Shown here: piece by piece, positions 1-9,817 of the stretch
Layout: every line of letters begins with the position of its first letter
How positions within the stretch are numbered: the stretch's first letter is position 1
Origin: Candidatus Binatia bacterium
Lineage (GTDB): Bacteria > Desulfobacterota > Binatia > HRBIN30
Length of the DNA: 64,000 nt
Reading direction: 5' to 3'
Assembly: GCA_038245295.1 (NCBI GenBank)
Contig: JBBRSP010000006.1
Location: forward strand, 32,001-96,000
The notes under the pieces: model-generated
What the model saw: only the letters and a program-made list of their open reading frames with translations
Databases searched by the model: none
What the model was told of the DNA's origin: nothing
Program-made: the position numbers and the translations under genes

Positions 1-628
1 TCGTCGCCAACCCGGCGCCCTCGCCGACGTTGTCCTTAAAAATGTGCCCTGAGCCACCGAGAGAAAGTGTGCCCTGACCGAAGACGTTGTTGCTGATCTT
101 GTGCGTCACACCGTCGATCGTCGTCAGGGTGGTGTGCGTGTGCACGACGTTGCCGGCAATCGATGCTGCGGTCACGGCAGCGTCCACATTCAATCCCGTG
201 CTGTTCATCGCCCCGCCGCGGACGGCAAAGCCCTTGCGCTTCTTACCGAAGGTTACACCCGATGCCTCAATCGATACGGCTACCGAATTGGCGATGGACC
301 CGTTCTCGATACTTGTGGCGCCGGCGCCATTACGCGACACTAGGCTGATCGCCTTGTTGATGACGATGATCTTGCCGATCACACCGGAGTTCTCCTCGCC
401 CGGATCCGTCAGGTCGCCGTCTTGATTCAGATCACCGTAGCGACCCGAGTCGACCAGCACGGTGTCGCCTGCCGAGGCATTGGTGATTGCCTGGGAGATG
501 GTACGACACGGCGCCGACGCCGCACCGCAAGCGCCACTATCGCTGCCGAGCATCGACACGTTGATACCACCGGCATAGACCGCGCACGGCAGCAGACCCA
601 CGAGTACCGATAGAATCACACTTCGCAT
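1..628 (-). CDS. Secreted right-handed beta-helix (pectin-lyase-like fold) protein, 3' end outside the window
   Basis: Manual translation from ATG at 628: MRSVILSVLVGLLPCAVYAGGINVSMLGSDSGACGAASAPCRTISQAITNASAGDTVLVDSGRYGD...; signal peptide and the 'PCRTISQAI..A..GDTV.V..G.Y' beta-helix N-cap; frame open to the window edge; not in the ORF track. Confidence 0.7.
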   Translation of the reverse strand, partial: MRSVILSVLVGLLPCAVYAGGINVSMLGSDSGACGAASAPCRTISQAITNASAGDTVLVDSGRYGDLNQDGDLTDPGEENSGVIGKIIVINKAISLVSRNGAGATSIENGSIANSVAVSIEASGVTFGKKRKGFAVRGGAMNSTGLNVDAAVTAASIAGNVVHTHTTLTTIDGVTHKISNNVFGQGTLSLGGSGHIFKDNVGEGAGLAT

Positions 629-778
629 TTTCGAGACGCCTCCGCTGACAAGAATAGGTCCGAGTAGATAGGGACTGAAGCGGACACCTGTCAAACCCGT
701 TTCGGTGGATTGAGAGATTTGCGGGTGCATCATCTTCGGGCGGATTGACCCGAAAATGGCAACGCGGAGGATGCGGCC

Positions 779-1978
779 ATGGCGAACTTCGAGTTTAACC
801 CCTTCGACGACGCAACCCGGCGCAACCCCTTCGCCCTCTATGCGGAAGCACGGCGCGAGCATCCGGTGTATCCGCATGCCGGATTGCCGATCACGTCGGT
901 CTTTCGATACGCCGACGTGCAGGCGATCTTGAAGGATGCGGCGACCTGGTCGAGCCGATTCCCACCGCCACCCGGCGTCGACCCAGCCGACATGCCTGAG
1001 CCGAGCATGCTTGGTCAGGACCCGCCACAACACGACCGCCTGCGTTCGTTGGTTAACCAAGCGTTCACGCCGCGTATCGTCAAACGCCTCGAACCACGGA
1101 TGATCGAGATCGCCGACGAGCTCATGGACGCGGCGCTCGAGGCGGGTGAGGTCGATTTCGTCCAAGCCCTCACCTACCCGCTGCCGGTCATCGTCATTGC
1201 CGAGATCATCGGCGTGCCGGCCAGCGATCGCGCCCAGTTCAAGGAATGGTCGGATCGCACTGTTGCCAATCTCGGCACCGGCCTGTTCGTTCCGCCGTCC
1301 GCCGATCACATGCGGGAGCTCGGCAAGCTGCTGAAGACGATGGAGGACTACTTCGCCGGGCTCGCCGAGGAGAGGCGTCGCGAGCCGAAGGAGGATCTCC
1401 TCACCGGCCTGGTGCAGGCCACCCACGAGGGCTCGAAGATGACGCCCGAGGAGATGGTGCGGATGCTCGTGCTTCTCCTTGTGGCCGGCAACGAGACAAC
1501 GACCACGCTGATTGGGAACACCGTCCTCGAATTACTGGCGCACCCCGAGGCAACCGCAGAGTTGCGCCGCGACGCAAGCCTGATACCCGCGGCTGTCGAG
1601 GAGGTCTTACGCTTCTCGTCGCCGGTGCAGCTCGATCCACGGCGCGCCACGCGCGACATCGAGTTGCACGGCCACACCGTGAAGGAGAATCAACTGGTCG
1701 TCTGCTGGATCGGCTCGGCGAACCACGACGAAGAGATGTTCGAGGCGCCGGAAACGTTCAACATCCACCGCGAAGACAACCGCCACTTGGCCTTCGGCTT
1801 TGGCCCGCACTACTGCATTGGGTCGAACCTGGCACGCATCGAAACCCAGGTCGCGCTACGCGCCTTGTTGGCGAAGACGAAGTCCTTTGGCCGCACCAAC
1901 AGTGAGCCGTTGCCGTTGCATCAGAGCATCGTCTTTCGTGGCTATACATCGTTGCCGCTGCGGCTGCAGGCAGCCTAA
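779..1978 (+). CDS. Cytochrome P450
   Basis: AGNETT I-helix, EEVLR (ExxR), heme motif FGFGPHYCIG; GGAGG RBS. Confidence 0.97.
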   Translation: MANFEFNPFDDATRRNPFALYAEARREHPVYPHAGLPITSVFRYADVQAILKDAATWSSRFPPPPGVDPADMPEPSMLGQDPPQHDRLRSLVNQAFTPRIVKRLEPRMIEIADELMDAALEAGEVDFVQALTYPLPVIVIAEIIGVPASDRAQFKEWSDRTVANLGTGLFVPPSADHMRELGKLLKTMEDYFAGLAEERRREPKEDLLTGLVQATHEGSKMTPEEMVRMLVLLLVAGNETTTTLIGNTVLELLAHPEATAELRRDASLIPAAVEEVLRFSSPVQLDPRRATRDIELHGHTVKENQLVVCWIGSANHDEEMFEAPETFNIHREDNRHLAFGFGPHYCIGSNLARIETQVALRALLAKTKSFGRTNSEPLPLHQSIVFRGYTSLPLRLQAA

Positions 1979-2850
1979 AGGAGCGCCGCCGCAAGGTCCT
2001 TCCACTCGCGCATCGGGATGTAGGTCGGGTCGGCCGAGAGCACCTGGAGGCAGACGTGATCGGCGCCGGCGGCGTGGTGGGCGCGCACGCGTTTAACGAC
2101 CGCATCGACATTGCCCCAGGCGACGATGGCATCGACGAGTTTGTCGTTGCCACCGTCGGCGATGTCGGCGTCGGTGAAGCCGAGGCGTTTCAGATTGTTG
2201 GTGTAGTTCGGCAGCCCCAAATAGGTGGCCATGTGGGCGCGCGCGATACTGCGCGCCGTCGACGGATCGGTTTCGAGCACGACGGCTTGCTCCGGTGCCA
2301 GGATCGGGCCCTGGCCCATGATCTCGCGCGCCACCGCCGTGTGCTCCGGTGGAACGAAATACGGATGCGAGCCGGCGGCGCGCTCGGCCGCCAGTTTCAA
2401 CATCTTCGGCGCCAGCGCGGCGATGACGCGCTGCGGGTTCTCCGACGGCGGGTAGGCCATGAACGGCGCCGAATCCATCGCGTCGAGATAGGAACGCATC
2501 GCGCTAAGCGGCTTGTCATAGGCATGGCCACGCATGCCGACCATCGGCGCGTGGCTGACCCCGATACCGAGCAGGAAGCGATTGTCGTAGGCGGAGCATA
2601 ACGTCTTCTGAGCGGCGGCCATGCTCATCGCGTCGCGGCCCCATATGTTGGCGATGCCTGTGGCCACGGTCATCTTCTTGGTCGCCGCCAGCAGCAGGCC
2701 GGCACTGGTGCAAGCCTCGCGGCCGATAGCCTCGGGGATCCACAAGGCACCGAAGCCGAGCTCCTCGATCTGGGCGGCTGTTTCCTGGGCGACCGCCACG
2801 GGATGCAGATCCAAAACGAAGGTCCAGATTCCTACTTTGCCGATGTTCAT
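1975..2850 (-). CDS. LLM-class F420-dependent oxidoreductase
   Basis: Luciferase-like motifs EELGFGALWIPE, VATGIANIWGR, RFLLGIGVSH, GADHVCLQ; convergent 4-bp overlap with the P450. Confidence 0.9.
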   Translation of the reverse strand: MNIGKVGIWTFVLDLHPVAVAQETAAQIEELGFGALWIPEAIGREACTSAGLLLAATKKMTVATGIANIWGRDAMSMAAAQKTLCSAYDNRFLLGIGVSHAPMVGMRGHAYDKPLSAMRSYLDAMDSAPFMAYPPSENPQRVIAALAPKMLKLAAERAAGSHPYFVPPEHTAVAREIMGQGPILAPEQAVVLETDPSTARSIARAHMATYLGLPNYTNNLKRLGFTDADIADGGNDKLVDAIVAWGNVDAVVKRVRAHHAAGADHVCLQVLSADPTYIPMREWKDLAAALL

Positions 2851-2918
2851 GGTCTTTCTCCCTTTGGTGGAGCGTTTCGTTGATGGAACCTATAGGACGC
2901 ATAGGACCTGTGGGGCAT

Positions 2919-3341
<423 letters not shown>

Positions 3342-3463
3342 GCCGGTGCCTATATGCTGGAGCGAGTCTTTCCACCAGCGGGGTTGCGGCTCGTCGCCCC
3401 CTGCGAACGACCAGCCCCGGGAGGTCGGCGTTTCCTCTCGCCGCGTGCTAAACGGCCACCGGC

Positions 3464-5017
3464 ATGAAGTTTCCCACGGCCAATGACATTGAAGAGTGTG
3501 TACACGTGCTCGAGGCGCTGGTGGAAGCCCGCGGCGAGTTGGCGCAGGTGGACCAGGCAGTTCGCCAGCGGCTGATGTTGGCGGCCGGCCGCGTTTCACT
3601 GCCGGTGCGAACCGAGCTACGCCTGCTGACGCGAGCGTTGCGTCGAAAAACCAAACGAGAGCGCAAGGAGCAGGACCAAACGCAACTGGAGCGCACCGGC
3701 ATTCGGCGCCTGCGCCGAGAACCCGTGTTCATCACGCCCGAGCCGAGTGCCTTGCTGGAATCGACCGGTGGTGTCTTTGAGTCGAGCACCGCCGCGCCGT
3801 CCCTCAACGGGGAAAGCGCGGAGCCGCGCCAACCGCTCAACGACCCGCGCAACTGTTACGTGTGCAAAGTCTCGTGCCCTTACGTGCACTCATTCTACGA
3901 CCAGATGTGCCAAGCCTGTGGCGACTTCAACTTCGCCAAACGCTCGCAGACGGCGAACCTCGACGGGCGAACGGCCTACATCAGTGGGGCGCGGGTGAAG
4001 ATCGGCTACCAGGCCGCGATGCTATTGTTGCGCGCGGGGGCGCGGGTGATCGTCAGCACGCGTTTTCCACGCGATGCGGCGCTGCGCTTTAGCCGCGAGG
4101 TCGACTACGACGCCTTCAAGAGTCGCCTGCAGATCTATGGCCTCGACTTGCGCCACACACCCAGCGTCGAAGCCTTCGCACGCCACTTGCTCGACACCGA
4201 GGACCGCCTCGACTTCGTGATTCACAACGCCTGTCAGACGGTACGTCGACCCAGCGGTTTCTACGAGCACCTGATGCAAAACGAGCTAGGCCCGCTGCAC
4301 GCGTTGCCGGAGGCCGCTCAGCCGTTGCTTCGCGACTACGAGATCCTGCGCACGCACGGATTGCGTCAACTGAGCGCGAATGGCAACGCGGCGCCGGCGC
4401 TTGCCGTCGGCCTGCTCGGGGCGTCGGCGCTGTCGCAGGTCGCGCTCGACACCTCCGATTTGCAAAAGGGCCAACAACTCTTTCCGGCGGGCCAGCTCGA
4501 CGCCGACTTGCAGCAGGTGGACCTGCGCACGATCAACAGCTGGCGCCTGCCGCTGGATCAGGTCGGCACGGTCGAGTTGCTGGAAGTGCAACTGGTCAAC
4601 GCAATCGCGCCGTTCGTGCTCAACGCACGTCTCAAGCCGCTGATGCTGCGTGAGCGCACCTGGGACAAACACATCGTCAACGTCTCGGCCATGGAAGGCC
4701 AGTTCTACCGGCGCTTCAAGACCGACAAGCACCCGCACACCAACATGGCCAAGGCGGCGCTCAACATGATGACACGCACGTCGGCTCCCGATTACGTCAA
4801 GGATGGCATCTTCATGAACAGCGTCGACACCGGCTGGGTGACCGATGAAGACCCAGCCCACATCTCCGAGAGGAAGACTCAGGAGCACGGCTTCCAACCG
4901 CCGCTCGACATCGTCGACGGTGCGGCGCGGATCGTCGACCCGATCTTCGATGGAATCAACACGGGTAACCACGTCTGGGGCCAGTTCCTCAAGGACTACA
5001 AACCAACGTCGTGGTGA
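3464..5017 (+). CDS. Atypical SDR-family oxidoreductase with N-terminal CxxC...CxxC motif
   Basis: CYVCK...CQAC, Rossmann variant [45 protein letters not shown]. Confidence 0.8.
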   Translation: MKFPTANDIEECVHVLEALVEARGELAQVDQAVRQRLMLAAGRVSLPVRTELRLLTRALRRKTKRERKEQDQTQLERTGIRRLRREPVFITPEPSALLESTGGVFESSTAAPSLNGESAEPRQPLNDPRNCYVCKVSCPYVHSFYDQMCQACGDFNFAKRSQTANLDGRTAYISGARVKIGYQAAMLLLRAGARVIVSTRFPRDAALRFSREVDYDAFKSRLQIYGLDLRHTPSVEAFARHLLDTEDRLDFVIHNACQTVRRPSGFYEHLMQNELGPLHALPEAAQPLLRDYEILRTHGLRQLSANGNAAPALAVGLLGASALSQVALDTSDLQKGQQLFPAGQLDADLQQVDLRTINSWRLPLDQVGTVELLEVQLVNAIAPFVLNARLKPLMLRERTWDKHIVNVSAMEGQFYRRFKTDKHPHTNMAKAALNMMTRTSAPDYVKDGIFMNSVDTGWVTDEDPAHISERKTQEHGFQPPLDIVDGAARIVDPIFDGINTGNHVWGQFLKDYKPTSW

Positions 5018-5060
5018 AGACGCCCGCGGTGCCGCGAGCCGGAATCGCGAACTGCCGCGA

Positions 5061-6731
5061 TCATCTTTCGGTCGTGGCAAGTAGTCGGCGGGCCTCTTTG
5101 TCTTCGGGGAGATCGTCGAGAATCTTCAGCAGGATCAGCTTCGCCTCGGCCGCCCGGTTGAGTTGGATGAGCATCGACGCCCGTCCGAGTTTCGCCGGCA
5201 GGTAGTCAGGCGACAGCCTCACCGCCTCGTCGTAAGCATCCAACGCGGCGGCGCTGTCACCGAAACGCTGCCACGCCTGTCCATGCCGTAGGTTTTCGAG
5301 GGCAACGTATTGAGCGCGCGCCCACGTAGGAAGAAGCGATTCGCGCCAAGGATGCAGGCGAACGCCGACGGCGCACAGCGCGAACACGGCGACGGCAACG
5401 ACGAGCCGAACTCGGCCTACGGGCGCTTCGCCGCGCACGATTGACCTGACCGCTTCCGCAAACCGGGCGATCGCGCTTCCGGCAAACGGCACCAGGAGAG
5501 GAGCGAGCGGAAATCGGTAACGATCACAGACGAAGAAGAGGACGACGCTCGCCGCATAGCCGGCGGCTAGCAAGAGTAGCGCCGGCTGCAAATGCCGATG
5601 CCAGGACACGAAGACAAGGCCCGTAAGCGCCAGAGGCAGCAACACGCCCCACCCGGGCAAGAGGAATCCGAGGGGGAATCGCGAACGATAGTACTCGTAG
5701 GATTGATGAATCGGCACCTCATATGGATCGACCAGCAGGCCGATCTTGTGCAGCGTCACACGGAGCGCATCGGCCGGCTCCTGCCGCATCCAGTCGAAAG
5801 CCCGCGAGGTCCAGTAGTCAGACACCTCCGAAGCGCGAAGCGGGCGCCCCAGCGCGACCTCGGCCACGTGCCGTGTGTTCTCGAAGTATTGCCCATCGAC
5901 GTCGGTCACAATACCGGAGGCCGGGGCCAGCCCAAACACACCGGTCGCTTCGGGGTTGTTGCCCAAAAACAGGTTGATTCCTCCCTGGCTGACGAGCAGG
6001 ACCGTGTCGCCGGCGACAAAGTAGTTTCGAGCCGTGACCGGCACGATGGCGGCGGCCGCCCCAATCGCAAAGGCAAGAGCGGGCTGCGCGGTGGCACGCC
6101 AGTCGGCGCCTGCGCGACGCTCCGCCGCCAGCAGCAACACCATCACGACGGGCAACAGCACCAAGACGTTGCCGCGTCCCCAAGCGGCCAAGCCGAACGC
6201 AACGCCGGCAATCAGCAGTCGGTAAACGCTGCGAGGGCGAACGGAGCCGACCTCGGTCGCGGTGACGGTCAGGTCAATCGCAACGAGCAGCAGGAAGGTC
6301 GATAGCGTCGGGTCATGCAGCATCGCCTCGAAGAACAGCCCGGGACCATAGAAGGCATACAAAGCGGCAGCGGCGAGAGCGGCGGACGGATCAAAGACCC
6401 GCCGGGTGATTCGCCAGACGAGCGCCACGCTGCCCAGACCCAAACCTGCCTGGAGCATGCGTGGCACCCACAAGATCTCTCCACCGGCCAAGCCGAAGCA
6501 CCCTGCCAGGTAGTAGGGATACAGCGGTCCGTAGAAAAACGGCTGGCGGCCGGCAAACCAGTCGCCCGCCAGAATCAGTCGGGTTAGACGGATGAATCCC
6601 TCGGAATTGCCGTAAGGGAGCCACCAAATTGGATCGGACGCGAGCCAGACTTGAAAGACCACCCGCAGCGCCACGCCGACGGCGAGCACGAGATACAGCC
6701 GTCGACGCGATCGTTCTACCGTCACGGGCAA
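5061..6731 (-). CDS. GT-C fold (ArnT/PMT-like) membrane glycosyltransferase with C-terminal TPR
   Basis: Multiple TM helices, PLYPYYLA, GINLFLGNNP, DRYRFPL, C-terminal TPR-like helices (AALDAYDEAVRLSPDY). Confidence 0.8.
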   Translation of the reverse strand: MPVTVERSRRRLYLVLAVGVALRVVFQVWLASDPIWWLPYGNSEGFIRLTRLILAGDWFAGRQPFFYGPLYPYYLAGCFGLAGGEILWVPRMLQAGLGLGSVALVWRITRRVFDPSAALAAAALYAFYGPGLFFEAMLHDPTLSTFLLLVAIDLTVTATEVGSVRPRSVYRLLIAGVAFGLAAWGRGNVLVLLPVVMVLLLAAERRAGADWRATAQPALAFAIGAAAAIVPVTARNYFVAGDTVLLVSQGGINLFLGNNPEATGVFGLAPASGIVTDVDGQYFENTRHVAEVALGRPLRASEVSDYWTSRAFDWMRQEPADALRVTLHKIGLLVDPYEVPIHQSYEYYRSRFPLGFLLPGWGVLLPLALTGLVFVSWHRHLQPALLLLAAGYAASVVLFFVCDRYRFPLAPLLVPFAGSAIARFAEAVRSIVRGEAPVGRVRLVVAVAVFALCAVGVRLHPWRESLLPTWARAQYVALENLRHGQAWQRFGDSAAALDAYDEAVRLSPDYLPAKLGRASMLIQLNRAAEAKLILLKILDDLPEDKEARRLLATTER

Positions 6732-7043
6732 TCCATGGGCGCGCCGGCGCGGTCGCGTCGAATCGCCGGTCCATTCATTGGTGAACCAGGCCCTCGCATT
6801 GCGTATCGTCTCGCCATGGCGCGATTCGAGCTTCCAAGCGCGTCTGATACGAACTCTTCTCAGCGCTTACAAGAGAACCTTCGAGTTTATCCTCGCCTAT
6901 TCTCCCCGCCCAATTCTCCCGCGGAGAACACCAACACTTGAGGCGTGGCCTGCCGCACGTCATCGAATACGGCCGCAACCAATTTTGCTTGCGCATCGAG
7001 GTCGGCTCCGGCTAGTTTCGCCGCAGTGCAGTAGTGGGACCGA

Positions 7044-7247
7044 ATGCGAGAGTCGGTACGGCGTCGCCTTGTCGACGCGATGAGCGAGCTGCTGTCGCCG
7101 CCGCTGCGCAGCTATGAGCATCGGATTCCGCGCGAAGTGCGTGAGCTGTGGACGACAGTCGAGAAGGAACACCCCTGGGTCATCACACCGCGCCACTTCG
7201 ATCTGTCGCCCTATTTCGACGTCCTCAAGTTCAACTCACATCCTTAG
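7044..7247 (+). CDS. 67-aa protein resembling the joined N- and C-terminal ends of a YiiX/permuted-papain (NlpC/P60-like) protein; mini-protein or deletion remnant
   Basis: LLSPPLRSYEHRIP and ITPRHFDLSPYFDVLKFN recalled as terminal motifs of that family; no catalytic core; its stop overlaps the AGGAG RBS of the next gene. Confidence 0.5.
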   Translation: MRESVRRRLVDAMSELLSPPLRSYEHRIPREVRELWTTVEKEHPWVITPRHFDLSPYFDVLKFNSHP

Positions 7248-7258
7248 GAGCAAAACAC

Positions 7259-7687
7259 ATGTCCGCGACAATCGAGCGCAACGTTGCCATGATCAAGCAA
7301 TTCTGGATTGACCTTTACTCACACGACTTCGCCAAGGTCGGCACCTATTTTACGGCCGACGCGGAGTACGACGACGTACCGATTCCCGCGGCCAAGGTGC
7401 ACGGACCGGCCGCGATCGTGCGCAAGCTCGAAATTGGCCTCGGCAAGGTGTTGCGACACCAACACCATCTCGAACGAATGGTGGCCGATGAAACGACGGT
7501 GGTCACCGAGCACGCCGAGGACTGGGTCTTCGCCGAAGATCACATCGTCACCCTGCCCTTCGTTTCGATCCAGGTGATCGAGGACGGCAAGATCAAGCTG
7601 TGGCGCGACTACAGCAACATGGACACGTTGCTGACCAACGCACCGCCGTGGTGGCTGGAACACATTGCAGCTGCCTGGGCGGCGTGA
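7259..7687 (+). CDS. Limonene-1,2-epoxide hydrolase-like / SnoaL-NTF2 family protein
   Basis: YFTADAEYDDVP, VVTEHAEDW, LPFVSIQVIEDGKIKLWRDY; AGGAG RBS before ATG 7259. Confidence 0.85.
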   Translation: MSATIERNVAMIKQFWIDLYSHDFAKVGTYFTADAEYDDVPIPAAKVHGPAAIVRKLEIGLGKVLRHQHHLERMVADETTVVTEHAEDWVFAEDHIVTLPFVSIQVIEDGKIKLWRDYSNMDTLLTNAPPWWLEHIAAAWAA

Positions 7688-7738
7688 CGTCCGAAGAGAG
7701 TCGGTAGTTCGTGAAGGTGGACGGCCTTCGAGGCCCCG

Positions 7739-9817
7739 TTAAGCGAGCCGCGGCGCCGGTTTCACCTGGATCAGGTAGTTGCCCGAGGCATCGAGGCTGG
7801 CTGCCTCCCCGCGATGCAAGACAATCGTGGTGAACGGCTCCTCGATGATCGCCGGCCCGAGAACTCGCTGCCCGCTCTGCATGCCCGGCCCATCGTAGAC
7901 GGGGGCATCGATGTACTTGCCATTGAAGAAGGCGCGGCGTTTCATCTTGAGCGGCGGGCGTCCGCCGGAGCTGCGGCGCACCGTCGGCAGTGTGGGTTTA
8001 GTGGTATGCCCCACCGCGGTGACGCGCAGCCCCCGCAGGATCGGCTCCTCGCCACGCGATGCGTAGGTGTGCAACTCCTCGTGCATTTGATGAAAACGCT
8101 CGACCGTCTCGGCCAGCTTCTTGGCAGTGATGCGCGAGTCGCGTCCCGGCAACGGCACAGCCATGTCGAAGGTCTGCCCCGGGTAACACAGGCTGGCGTA
8201 GCGGCGCAGATCAACCTTCATGCGGCCGCCGTGCCCGGCGGCGAAGACGGCACGCACCGCGTTCTCCATCTCCTGCAACAGGGCCGACATACGATCCACA
8301 TCGGCGCGTCCGACCGGTGTAATGTACGCACGCATCTCATCGACGAGGTGGTCGGAGAGCAGCAGGCCGAGCGCCGAGAAGGCCGGCGAGGTTTTCGGCA
8401 CGAGAACCGTTTTGATCCCAAGCTCCGCCGCCTGTGCCGTCGCGTGCACCGGGCCGTTGCCGCCGTAGACAACCATCGTCAGGCGGCGCGGATCGACGCC
8501 GCGCTGCGCCGAAATGCGGCGGATCGCGTTGGCCATGTTGGCATTGACCAGCCGATAGATCCCGTAGGCGGCGGCCGTCGGATCGAGGTCGAGAGGCCCG
8601 GCAATCTGCGCCTTCAGGGCTTCGGCGACGCCCGCCGACTGCAGTCGCATAGTGCCGCCGCAGAAATCACCGGCGTTCAGGTAGCCGAGAAGCAGGTTGG
8701 CGTCAGTGACCGTGATCTCTGTGCCACCCCGGTGGTAACAGATTGGGCCGGGTTGGGCACCGGCACTGCGTGGGCCAACCTGGAGCGCTCCCGAGACCAC
8801 TGAGGCAATCGAGCCACCACCGGCACCGATGGATTGCACGTCCACCATGGGCAACCCGACGAGGTAGCGGTGATGCCAGTTCCAGCCGGACTTCACCTCA
8901 GGTGAGCCGCCGCGGATCAGGGCCACGTCGCAGCTCGTGCCCCCCATGTCGGCACAGACGAAGTCGGAAGTCTTCGCCGCCCCGGCAACGGCGCACGCGG
9001 CAACCACACCGCCGGTTGGGCCGGAGCTGAGCACGGTGATCGGCCGATGTCGGATGTACTCCGGCGTCATGATACCGCCGTTCGACTGCATGACCAGCAG
9101 CGGGTGTTCGTACCCAGCAATACGCAACCGATCGACCAGGCTATCGAGGTAACGACGAATGATCGGCGCGACGTAGGCGTTGACCAGAGTCGTGCTCGTA
9201 CGTTCGAACTCCGGCGCCGACGGCATCACCTCATGTGAAAGCGACACCACCAGATTCGGAGCCACCTCGGCGGCAATGTCGCGCACCCGCAACTCATGCA
9301 CAGGGTTGACGAACGAGAATAGAAACACGACCGCAACCGACTCGACCCGAAGCTTCTGCAATCTCTGCAGGGCCCGCCGCACGGCGTCCTCGTCCAGCGG
9401 CACTAGGACCTTGCCTTCGAAATCGAGGCGTTCAGGAACGCCGATGCGTTGGCGGCGTGGGGCAATGGGTGGCGGCGGCGCCAGCGCTGGATCCCAGATG
9501 TCTTCCTTGAACCCCCGACGCAGCTCGATCTCGTCGCGGTGTCCTGCCGACGTAATCAGTCCGGTGATGGCACCCCTCATCTCGATGAGAGTGTTGTCTG
9601 CCGTCGTCGTCCCGTGAACGATCGATGCGGTACGGCGCATCAAGTCACTCAGGCTCATGTTCTCGAGGCGAGCCAAATCGCTCAGCCCGGTCAACACGCC
9701 CACCGACTGGTCGGCCGGTGTCGTCGGACTCTTGAACAAACGCAGGGCGCCATCGGAACGCGCCAGAACGAAATCGGTGAATGTACCGCCGACATCGATG
9801 CCAATGCGATACTTCAT
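7739..9817 (-). CDS. Hydantoinase A/oxoprolinase family ATP-binding subunit
   Basis: IGIDVGGTFTD, HGTT, EFERTSTT, SGPTGG, DMGGTS, IGAGGGSI, GPAIIEE. Confidence 0.95.
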   Translation of the reverse strand: MKYRIGIDVGGTFTDFVLARSDGALRLFKSPTTPADQSVGVLTGLSDLARLENMSLSDLMRRTASIVHGTTTADNTLIEMRGAITGLITSAGHRDEIELRRGFKEDIWDPALAPPPPIAPRRQRIGVPERLDFEGKVLVPLDEDAVRRALQRLQKLRVESVAVVFLFSFVNPVHELRVRDIAAEVAPNLVVSLSHEVMPSAPEFERTSTTLVNAYVAPIIRRYLDSLVDRLRIAGYEHPLLVMQSNGGIMTPEYIRHRPITVLSSGPTGGVVAACAVAGAAKTSDFVCADMGGTSCDVALIRGGSPEVKSGWNWHHRYLVGLPMVDVQSIGAGGGSIASVVSGALQVGPRSAGAQPGPICYHRGGTEITVTDANLLLGYLNAGDFCGGTMRLQSAGVAEALKAQIAGPLDLDPTAAAYGIYRLVNANMANAIRRISAQRGVDPRRLTMVVYGGNGPVHATAQAAELGIKTVLVPKTSPAFSALGLLLSDHLVDEMRAYITPVGRADVDRMSALLQEMENAVRAVFAAGHGGRMKVDLRRYASLCYPGQTFDMAVPLPGRDSRITAKKLAETVERFHQMHEELHTYASRGEEPILRGLRVTAVGHTTKPTLPTVRRSSGGRPPLKMKRRAFFNGKYIDAPVYDGPGMQSGQRVLGPAIIEEPFTTIVLHRGEAASLDASGNYLIQVKPAPRLA

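Noticed and set aside
3342..3599. N-terminal extension of YjbQ overlapping the SDR gene
   Set aside because: Family similarity begins at MRSFRK; the extension is low-complexity and overlaps a divergent gene
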